Positions 53,737-64,000 of a stretch of DNA of 64,000 bases are shown one piece after another. Every line of letters starts with the position of its first letter. Within the stretch, counting starts at the first letter, position 1. The notes under the pieces are model-generated. The model saw only the letters and a program-made list of their open reading frames with translations, was not told the origin of the DNA and did no database searches. The position numbers were made by a program, and so were the translations under genes. The stretch is from Octopus sinensis (Eukaryota). The DNA lies in assembly GCF_006345805.1 (NCBI RefSeq), contig NC_043002.1:103974001-104038000 (forward strand), written 5' to 3'.

Positions 53737-54153
53737 CTTTTCTGTTTTTTTTCAATTTGCCCCTGAATCACACTGAATGACAGAGATTTTTTTCATTTAA
53801 CATCACTTGAAATCATATGCAACTCATTAATATATTCCATTCCCGGTGATTTGGGCAATCCAACTAAAATCGGGATCAAAAAGTTCATTCTTAGAAACAA
53901 TTTTAGCTTTAGTATGAGAAAAAATTATGATTTAAAAATTGTGAAGCAAAATTCTCTGCAGCGTGTTTGTCGTCAGAATGAGTAAATACAGAATTCCAAA
54001 TAACCTTAACAAGAGCCAGGTTCCTGATGGAAACAGAAACATGGAAGGACCATGATTTAAGGGCAGCAACAAACTGAAGGTTAAACTGAAAGGGATAAAT
54101 ATTCCGCCCCGACCCCCGAGGAATATTTGGCACAGCAGTATTCGATCACAGTG
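53737..54153. mobile_element. Putative non-autonomous DNA transposon end (second copy at 56400-56631)
   Basis: ~230 bp shared with 56420-56631; this copy ends in CACAGTG. Confidence 0.5.
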
Positions 54154-54475
54154 AATGCTGTTAACTTGCTATAAAGCCATAAGCGACTTACGTATTTAAA
54201 CGTCTGGTTCAGTGTAAAAAACTGGGAATAGAAAGAGTCTGCAAATAATATACCCGTTAGTTTGTATACCACCCGTTTCTTATGTCTAATCTGTGGACTT
54301 GATGCTAAATTGTTTGCTGGATTAAAGTCTCATAAGAAACATGAACATCAGGAATATTACGAAAGAAAAATGCAGTCGGTTAGACACTCACACTTTAAAA
54401 TCGGCAGAAAAGTCCATTATACACACCCACACACATACACGTGTATGCTATGTAGGTATGTATACATGTATATAT

Positions 54476-54511
<36 letters not shown>

Positions 54512-54866
54512 ATCTATATATATATATATGTGTGGTGTGGTGTGTGTGGTATACTCCGATATAAAACCTGCTGTGAACTTAATACTAGTTATCTTGCTTT
54601 GCTTGTCACTGGAATCCACTATTTTGACTCAGAGAGTCGCAAAAGTGTTGTACAAGCGTTTGTCACTGAAATCCAATGAAGAACAGATGTCCCCGACAAA
54701 ACAGCATCATCGTGCAATCATCACTTTTCAAAAGTCCTAGGGCGATAGAGGCATAGCGACGTATGAATTAAGTCTTCTAACGGCTCATCAAAGGGGTGAC
54801 CGTACTGTGTGATGGTGTATGGTGTGTATGTTGATTGGACAGCTATCATCTCTCAAAAGAAAGAAA

Positions 54867-54901
<35 letters not shown>

Positions 54902-54971
54902 TATGTGTATATCCTTATATATATGTATATAAATATATATAAATATGAATGAATGTATATATGTATGTGCA

Positions 54972-55585
54972 TGAGTGTGTATGGGCCGAACGAGGCATCA
55001 GACTTTCCACCAGGCTGGCAGTGTATAGGGCAGTTGTCATCACCTCTCTGCTCTACGGCTGTGGGACGTGAACGCTGTATAGGAGGCAAATGCGAGTATT
55101 TGACCAGTTTCACCTCCGCTGCTGTCGACGAATTATGGGAATTTCCTGCGAGGAGAGAGTCTCCAACACTGAGGTTGTTCGCAGAGCCGAAATTCCGGGG
55201 ATCGAATCCCACATCATGAAGGCCCAGCTCCGGTGGATCGGACAAATGATCGTCTCTGAGCTGGCTTCTGGAGCAAGAAACATCTGGAAGGCCACTGAGG
55301 CGATACAATGAGAGCTTGAAGACTTCCCTTGAGGCTTGCGGCATTTTAGCCCGTGGCTGGGGATCGCTTGCTTCTGGCGTCCAGCTGTCCAAAAGGATGT
55401 TAGCCCTTTTAGACAGCTGAACGAGGGAAAACGCCTCAAGAGCCTGGACTAGAAGCGACAAGCCTGAAAAGAGAGAATCCTCAGCCCTACTTCTGCTGCT
55501 ACGTGCCCAACATGTGGCCGCGTCTGCGCGTCCTCCCACTTCCGGCATCACTGACGTCATTGTCGAACCCCGACAGACTTCCATT
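54972..55585 (+). mobile_element. RTE-clade LINE 3' ORF remnant
   Basis: LLYGCGT*TLYRRQMRVFDQFHLRCCRRIMGISCEERVSNTEVVRRA..QLRWIGQM and C-terminal CPTCGRVC. Confidence 0.9.
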
Positions 55586-56119
55586 ATGTATGTACATGCG
55601 TGTATAAAACAAAACGAAATTTAAACAATAAATACAATTCAATTAGTCTATTACTGTAAAATAAATAAAATCCATAAACAGCTTTTAAAAGGAATGAATA
55701 TCTGCATGTTTAGAGACACACAAAAAATATATCAAAGAAACATAGAGAGGAACATGGAAAAAAAGTACGTAAGCTCCGCATTTAAAACAATTTATCTAAA
55801 ATGTACATAAACATTCAATCATTAACCTATGGATCAGATATTATGATTTCGACACAGAAAAATGCTATATAATCAGAGATTGGGAAATAAAATTAAAATG
55901 AATGTAGTATTCACATGAAGTTTTCTAAAACAAATATAAAATGTACCTATTTATAACCTACCTGGAATTAACAATAATAATATTTGCAATTAAGAGTGCT
56001 AAATGAAATTAAAATGGTACGAAACATTACACTAATGGTTTTTAAACCTAATTATATTATAAACGAATAAACATTATTATTATACCTATGTATTAAAGAC
56101 TACAGAATATTACTCTGCT

Positions 56120-56380
56120 AGAGATTCAGTGGTTAAGATACTTGCTTTTCAGCCGTATGGCTTCGGCTTTAGTCAGCCTATTTGTGTGTGTTTGTGTGTT
56201 TGTGAGTGCGTGCGTGTGTGTGTGTGTGTGTGTTTCTGTGAGTGTATGCGTGTGTGTATGTTTATGTTTGTCCACCCCACTGCTTGATAATTGGCATTGA
56301 ATTGTTTAGATCCTCGCAACGCTGCAACATAGCCGTTCGGCACAAGATATCGATATAAGCACCAACCATATAAGTAATCT
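56120..56380 (+). mobile_element. Decayed SINE family B
   Basis: GTGGTTAAGA head, (TG)n, TGCTTGATAA..CCGTTCGGCACAAGA..ATAAGCACCA. Confidence 0.55.
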
Positions 56381-56399
56381 CCTCAAGGCAAATATTCGC

Positions 56400-56631
56400 T
56401 GAAATAGGTGACAAAATTCATTAAAAATAAAATTGTGAAGCACAAATCTATGAAGCGGGTTTGTCGTCAGAATGAGGAAATACAGAATTCCAAATATCCT
56501 TAAGAAGAGCAAGTTTCTTGATTGAAACAGAAACGTGGAAGGACCATGACTTAGGTGCAACAACAACTGAAAGGGATAACTATTCCGCCCCGACCCCCGA
56601 GGAACATTTGGCACAGCACTATTCGATCACA
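56400..56631. mobile_element. Second copy of the 53737-54153 repeat
   Basis: GTTTGTCGTCAGAATGAG..ATTCCGCCCCGACCCCCGAGGAA..GCACAGCA.TATTCGATCACA. Confidence 0.7.
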
Positions 56632-57394
56632 TCATTTATCGAAGGACTGAAACATGAAAAATATAAAAGATAAAAGGCACAGTTCATTAAATCGTGAATC
56701 GATTATATGCTCAATAGATATAAAGATAAACCAGCTTCATAATTGAACGTCGTCGATAAATCATGTTGGGTGCAACAGCGACACCAGAAACATTAAAGTA
56801 ACGTGAAATGTCTACCTAAATTTGAGTGCGATTAATAAAAAGGAAATGGATTAAAAGGAATATCAAAAGAATATACAGGAATCACTTCTTGTGGAATTTA
56901 TGAAATAATGTATACTAAAACGAAATGAATTAGAACTTAAAATGGCTTCTAACAGGCAAAACGTATGAAATCACAAGACCCATATTGAAGTCAAAGAGGT
57001 AAGTTGAATTTAGAGTGAGACTAGAAGAATAAAGATATCCAACAATTTTAAAACTTAGAATATTACTATTTTTAAATCCCACAACGTGAGATATTCAGCA
57101 ACAGTACATTGTAGTAAAGCTTGTTTACGAAAATAACATGGCAGTCCTGGTTTAGGACGAATATTTAAAACTTGTCATATTAAATGACATTAAAAAGGAC
57201 ACAAAGACACTACTGTGGCACTTGAACGAAATTTCTTAAAATGCATGGATTCAACTGATATAAAAATATTATGAATAAAGCTATTACATATCAAATCAAT
57301 AATGTGGTAATAAGGACTGCTAAAACTGAAATAAATGAAGCAAAGTTGGCCTCATACTGACGTTGGTGGAAAATTATACCAAATAATGTTGGTC

Positions 57395-57588
57395 TTCAAA
57401 TATGGCATTAAGCCAACAATTTAGGGAGACGGGGTCAATTGCTTAAATCAAGCCTCAGTGTTTAACTGGCACTTATTTTATCGTCCCGGAAAAGATGAAA
57501 GACAAAGGCGAACTCGGCGTGATTTGAACTCAGAACGGCAAGACGCTCCAAGCACTTTACCTGGCGAGTTAATGATTCCGCCAGGTCG
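57395..57588 (-). mobile_element. SINE family A, decayed
   Basis: AACTGGCACTTATTTTATCGTCCCGGAAAAGATGAAAG..TTTGAACTCAGAAC. Confidence 0.7.
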
Positions 57589-58178
57589 CTGTTCTAGAGA
57601 GTATAAAGAATAATCAGTTGTCAAGTTGCCACTGCTACTAAAACGCGTGTTCCATGGGAGGGAAAAACCAGGACAATAACCTTCCACCCTCAACATAGCT
57701 TGGTTCTAAAACGCTTCATTCAACCTAGTTAAGCCAGAAGCAGAATTAGCGACCAACACAGACCAATAGTCAGATACAGAACCATAAGAGGTGTACAAAA
57801 GTTTAGATTTAATATAAAATATTCAGACTTCAAACTGATCCATATTTCAAATCACTAACTTTATATATAACGAACGTAATTTTTACATTTCTAATTCATA
57901 TTTATAAACTTGTTGTAACCATATTCTTCAACGGCTGTTTCACTCTAAATTGATCAACAACATACGTTCTACTACTGTGTTTCATAACCTAACTAGTAAT
58001 AGAAATATAAATCGATGCACCCGAGACGAGGTGACGTGATTAAAAGTCTTGACAGAATGTTCATCAGTCAATAACAATACCGATATTTAGGGAAATACCT
58101 TCATGGAAAGTAACACATTATCCAAAATGTCTTGGGTTTCAACGTTTATTTTTAACAATTCTAGTAATGTGACACACA

Positions 58179-58227
<49 letters not shown>

Positions 58228-58300
58228 CGCACACATACATTTGAATATTAAGTTTAGACATACCCTAGTACGATAATCAAGGTTTACAGGAGCATTCATA

Positions 58301-58778
58301 CATACCTATTTCTTTATTACCCACAAGGGACTAAACACAGAGGGGACAAGCAAGGACAGACATAGGTATTAAGTCGATTACATCGACCCCAGTGCGTAAC
58401 TGGTACTTAATTTATCGACCCCGAAAGGATGAAAGGCAAAGTCGACCTCGGCGGAATTTGAACTCACAACGTAACGGCAGACGAAATACCACTAAGCATT
58501 TCGCCCGGCGTGGTAACGATTCTGCCAGCTCGCCGCCCTACATACCTATTTCTTTACTACCCCCGAGGGGCTATACACAGAGGGGACAAACAAGGACAGT
58601 CATAGATATTAAGTCGATTACATCGACCGCAGTGCGTAACTGGTACTTATTTAATTGACCCCGAATGGATGAAAGGTAAAGTCGACCTCGGCAGAATTTG
58701 AACTGACAACGTAACGGCAGACAAAATACCGCTAAGCATTTCGCCCGACGTGCTAACGTTTCTACCAGCTCGCCACCT
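58301..58778 (-). mobile_element. Head-to-tail dimer of SINE family A (58301-58537, 58541-58778)
   Basis: Two full copies with 240-bp period, flanked by GCATTCAT(A/G)CATAC direct repeats. Confidence 0.9.
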
Positions 58779-58859
58779 TGGCGCATTCATGCATACTATA
58801 AGTTCCATATACATGCACGCACGCATAGGGAGGGACGCTGTGCTTTTGTGCATATATAC

Positions 58860-59182
58860 GCGGAGACAGAGTGAATGACAAGGTTATTCAGTTCACAATC
58901 GTAAGTACTTTAGTTAGATTCTCTGCTGTGAGCAGTGTTGTTGAAACAAGACACTTTATTTCACGTGGCTAGATTCCACTCAGCTGGCAAAAGTGTGCAT
59001 CCTATGTATTTCAAAGGGCCAGCATTGTCACATTATGTGTGATGCTGAATCTCCTTGAGACTTACATTAAGGAGAGAGCATGCTTGTGGAGTACTCGTAC
59101 AGGTACAGGTAAATTTCACGAGCAGGGCGTTCCCTTGATCGAATGAACTGGAACACAGAACCTCGTAAGCGACGGAGTGCCA
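58860..59182 (+). mobile_element. Decayed SINE with GGAGTGCCA-type tail
   Basis: GAAACAAGACACTTTATTTCAC..GTATTTCAAAGGGCCAGC..GACGGAGTGCCA. Confidence 0.7.
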
Positions 59183-59463
59183 AAAGAAATAAGCTCGTAC
59201 TCAAACATTTATAGATTTCTACACACAAAAATATATAAATATGTGACAGTATATCAAGACAACATTGCAGTGCCAAAGTAACAGAGTGCCTTGTTGAAGG
59301 AATCGACCGTTTAGACTTATATCTCCCAAAGAAACATTCTCTAAACCTAGGGAATTCGGAGCGGCTCAACAAAAATAGAAAATTAGAAAACACGTGCACA
59401 CATACACACACACACACACACACACTCACATATACGCACAAACATACACACACACACACACAT

Positions 59464-59495
<32 letters not shown>

Positions 59496-59707
59496 GTGCA
59501 TACATACATATATACATATAATGTATAACGACATATTCTCCATATGTGTATGTTTGTCAGCCTTTCGAAATACCCCTAACCTTCACAAAGAAATGAATTA
59601 ATATATACGTATGCATAATAATATTGTATATTCATTAAAAGTTTTAATTAAAAGGCTGACCATATGAAATATAACTTAAACAAACATACAAGCATATATA
59701 CATATGC

Positions 59708-59769
<62 letters not shown>

Positions 59770-59871
59770 GAAATAGAATGAAATCACGTCGAAAATTGAA
59801 ATGAAATTTGTAATAAATCTTAAAATAATATACATACTTAAAAAAGCAAAGCGCAAAATAACAAGACCTAC

Positions 59872-59928
<57 letters not shown>

Positions 59929-60779
59929 GAAGAAAGAAGGAAAAATACAATGAAAAAGAAAATAGTATAGAAAAAGTAAAAATAAAATTAAAAGACAAAT
60001 AAATAACAACTAAGTTTTAAACAATGAATTTCGTTTCTGAAAACAAAATGGTATGAAAATGCGATTAATCAATTGTCGTCTTCCAATAGGCACTAATTAA
60101 TTGATTAATGCTTTTTCACGTTCTTTTTGCAGTCTTTTACTCCTATTTTAGTTCCTGATGCAAATAAGGGGAGGCTGGGTGGAGGGAAGGGTTGTGATTT
60201 CTTTGTTGTTTTCTTTTTTTTTTTTACCTGTTTTAATTTATGTTGGGTTTTTATTTGTCATTTCCTTTTTCGTTTTTTTTCTTTCTTTCTTTTAGTTGGT
60301 TGTTGTTGTTGTCGTGGATGGGTTGTGGATGAGGTGGGAGTCGGAATTAAATTATATTCACTTCACTGAGACTGGACAGAAATGTGTGCCACGGTGACGG
60401 TTATGGTTATGAAGATGTTGTCCAATGTGAAGATGATGATGATGACGATGATGATGATGAGGATGATGATGTTGATGGGCCGGAGGCGGCGGCGTTGGAG
60501 GAGGAAGAGGAGGATAATAATGTTGGTGTTAATAGTAATGGCAATAGTAATAGCCGATGGTTTAAAATTTTAGCACTATGTCAGCTATTTGAGGGGGAGG
60601 GCAGGCCGAGTACATCGCCCCCGCCACATGACTTGTACTTATTTCATCGATCTCGAAAGGACGAAATGCAGAGTTAACTTCTGTGGGAATTGAGCTCAGG
60701 CCGTAAGGAGTCGGAAGAGCATCTATCCTATGCACTTGTGATTCTCTCAGCTTACTGCTTTTGATAATTGCTTTTGACA

Positions 60780-61830
60780 AAAGGCTAAGTCTGTTGTATC
60801 GATCCCTGTGCTCCCTTTTTTTCATCAAACCTGGAAATATAGAAAGGCGAAGATGACTTCGGTGGCATTTGAACACTGAAGGGAAAGGGCTACGGGACCA
60901 TCCTTGTTAGTCTCAGTAATCTTTCAACAAATTTACTGGGACCCTGTCCTTCCTATCCGGCCTCAGTTCTCTTTACAGTTGAATCTTGAAACAAGAGGAC
61001 CTGTCTCTCGGTGAAGATGTCTATTTTCAGCCATTCAAGTGTTCTCCACAACTCAATCACTTTCATTATGGCCACCAGAGACATAAAAGTTCTTGTCATT
61101 ACTGACCAAAGAAAGACGGTAATGGGATCTTTACACCGAATCAACCCCCTTGCGTCAGCTCATGGCCTATAGCAGAATTTAGCAGTGTTCGAGCAATGTA
61201 CGAGTGCGTTAAGAGCATATTCGTCGCTTAGCTCGCATCACAGATACGGTTGGCTGACTTCTAGTCCTGTAGATATTTTCTGGAACAGGCTGCCACTCCT
61301 GGCACCTCGAGAATACTAGAGATTCTTGAAAGTTATTATTTAGCCTCAGCCGGAAAGCTTTCCGGAACAAACCAGCCAACAGATTCTCCTCACTTGAAGA
61401 ATACTCCCTAAGAACACTGTCATTCTTCCCCACCCCTAATTCTTCCAGAACGCGAATGACGAAATTCCATCTACCGCTTTGCTTGAATGACTGAGAGATG
61501 TAAGCGCTTCACTGAACATTTGATTCCAGACATCCTGCCTCGGTCAACGCTTCATCAAAGACTGTGTAGTTCAATCGGGTAGACAAGCTGTGAAAACGCC
61601 AGTCTAATAAACAGTAACCACACCTACTTACACTTGAGGAAACCTGGAGATGCTGTAGATTCAGCGCATGTCTGTGCATTTTCAGACACTGCATGTCCTG
61701 TCTTCCACTCAGTGGATGTTGACAAAATGGAACTTTTGACCAATGCCACGCACTCCTTCACGAAAATGTAGAATAGCAGGCGTTCCAATCTGGTGAGAGG
61801 AACATAAGCAAGGCACGACACTCAGGTGGT
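60780..61830 (-). mobile_element. Decayed L1/Tx1-clade LINE ORF2 C-terminal region
   Basis: RLERLLF..LVKSSI..QHPLSG.xMQCLKMHRHAL, later a zinc-knuckle-like C..DE..ALVHC and AIMKVIELWRT. Confidence 0.7.
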
Positions 61831-62160
61831 AATGTGCCCAAAATTTCAACAAAGATTTGTATCGCATTATTTCAGGATAAGACTAGACGCCCTTTGAGTC
61901 ATTCCATCCAGGTTCATCTTTGTTTGGATGCTTGAGCCATTCCAGATTTCCAAGAAATTTAAACGTCATTCCAGCGCCCCACAAAGATGAAACGAGGTGG
62001 GTTCCTCCTTTCATTCTACTATGATAAAAGTCCATTGACATTACTTGAGTTTTGGGTAGAGATCACCTCGGTGTTCATTAGATTACTGCCGATCGCTTTC
62101 CATATACTACGTTTCTAGATATATCAATTAATGCCTCAGTTTTTGCAATAGTAGCTCACG
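61830..62160 (-). mobile_element. Possible Helitron Rep-region remnant
   Basis: SMDFYHSRM resembles the 'smdFYaYrlM' segment of RepHel proteins; disrupted. Confidence 0.3.
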
Positions 62161-62239
62161 AGTCACTACAGACAGAAGATACGAAAAGGAACGGCTTGGC
62201 CTGGCATTACCTGAGTTTTGATTAGAGACGACGAGAGAG

Positions 62240-62525
62240 ACGAATCTTCTTATTGGATGCCCCTGGAGAGTCACAAAAAACATTTATTACGAAGCTTGCC
62301 CTTGCAAAGTTAGGCAGCACCAGAACATCGTGGTAGTCATAACTTCCTCTGGGATTGCAGCTACTTTGTTACCCGGTGGCAGGACAGTACACTCGACCTT
62401 TAAAATCTTAATATAGCAGCATCCTAGATGCCTTCATGTATCATCAGCAAAAGCTCAGATCAGGGGCAAACACTTAAAAGGTGTCATCTAATCGTCTGGG
62501 ATGAGTGCACCATGGCTCACAACAT
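62240..62525 (+). mobile_element. Helitron Pif1-family helicase remnant
   Basis: FLLDAPGESQKTF (Walker A), TSSGIAATLLPGGRTVHSTFK, LIVWDECTMAH (Walker B); frameshifted. Confidence 0.9.
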
Positions 62526-62547
62526 CCTTCATCACAGACACCTGGCA

Positions 62548-62610
<63 letters not shown>

Positions 62611-62693
62611 TAATAATAATGATAATAATAACAATAATAATGATAATAATAATAATAATAACAATAATAACAATAATACTAATAATAATAATA

Positions 62694-62731
<38 letters not shown>

Positions 62732-62878
62732 TATTAATAATAATGGTGATGATGATGATGATGATGATAATGATAATATAAATAATAATAATAACAACAG
62801 CAACAATAACAAAAACAACAACAACAACAGCAACAACAATAATAATAATAATAACAATAATAATAATAACAACAATAA
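62548..62878. repeat. (AAT)n/(AAC)n/(GAT)n repeat
   Basis: Direct reading. Confidence 0.95.
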
Positions 62879-64000
62879 GTAGCTGTATCTTCCTGTATAC
62901 TTGTAACTAAAATGTTAACAATGTGTGGACAACTGCTGGAATGGATTCAGGGCACATTTAAGAGAAAAACAGACGTAAGGAAACGGTATCAAGCTGATGC
63001 TCTTAAAAATAATTATATTGTATATGTCTTCTGTTGCTGCCGGCTACGGTCAAACCATTGTTTGAATATCAATTCTGATTTGGAAACAATCCAGCGATTC
63101 TACATTAAACAGGATTGCTTCCATTACAAACAAGATGTCTTCCACATGAAATATTTCGAGAGGTTGAGATATTCCTGATTTATACCCAAAAGGAGAGACG
63201 GAGATGTGTGCAGTAATGGTCGCTCGGATGATTTCTGAAAAGCAGTCATTTGCCATCTGTAGTGAAAGTTAGGACGATGCCCTTACTTGATCCACACTGC
63301 AGAATGTCAAACATTTCTAATCGATCTGCAAATTTATTTATAAATCTTTCTAACATTTACACTTTGTTTCAGAATATTTACATAACATTTACACGTTAAT
63401 AATGGTTCTTTGAATATCAAGCATTTATTTTAACTGGAGGTAGTGCAGGGTTTCGCTTGGGTTTAAAGAAACTCAAACAGAAAGCCACATGCACAATGAA
63501 TTTCTCTTCGTAAATTAATCTGCTGCACAAAATTTACGCTATTTAAGATGCAAACCTGAGGTCGTCAATTTAGAGCGTATATAGTATTATGCATACATGC
63601 ATACGTACATACATAACGCATGCATTAGAACGATAGGGTTATTGAGTATATACATATGAACTCAAAGGATATCGGTGGAACTTTGCCATCTAAGTATTTT
63701 GCACACGTAACCGTAACCGACTGGACATTGTTATTTAGGACATACCGGGAAAAGTATGGACCGTTGCAGGGATCAGTGGCCCCGCTAATGTAAATATCTC
63801 TTCAAAAACCGAAGAAAAAAGGGTAGCTTCGTAAAACTGCTTCGAAACCGTCAAACTCCATACTCAGGTTATAAATTCACGTTTATACTAATAATAATTG
63901 ACGCACTTGATTCAGTAAGTAAATACATATGTGACAATCTGGATAAGCAGAGGTTTTCACTAAAAGGAAATCTACCAGCAAGCACTCGGAATACAATAAC

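Noticed and set aside
54853-55584. 243-aa minus-strand ORF
   Set aside because: Antisense shadow of the RTE LINE remnant.
60055-60118. ATTAATCAATT/AATTGATTAAT inverted repeat
   Set aside because: Short and AT-rich; plausible by chance at this composition.
63000-63540. Possible MULE-like transposase remnants here and at 32250-32700
   Set aside because: Motif resemblance too weak to support without a profile search.

Overview
AT-rich, microsatellite-saturated eukaryotic DNA with no recognisable host protein-coding exon. The SINE, Helitron and LINE families and the repeat landscape suggest a coleoid cephalopod (Octopus-like) intron or intergenic region; this is an inference. Nearly all listed ORFs are simple-repeat artefacts. 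The window holds several tRNA-derived SINE families, non-autonomous Helitrons, and decayed R4/Dong, RTE, CR1, L1/Tx1, Penelope, mariner, maT-like and Helitron helicase fragments. It also has a near full-length U2 snRNA retrocopy fused to a retroposon 3' tail, and one 100-N gap. The most notable signal is a set of hammerhead ribozyme (HHR) motifs in several unrelated non-coding elements beside (TA)n tracts. The best example is a ~501-bp tandem-plus-inverted element at 15929-17035 with a complete type I hammerhead, extra hairpins and an antisense Penelope RT-motif remnant, making it a retrozyme or non-autonomous Penelope-like candidate. All calls were made by eye; boundaries of decayed elements are approximate.
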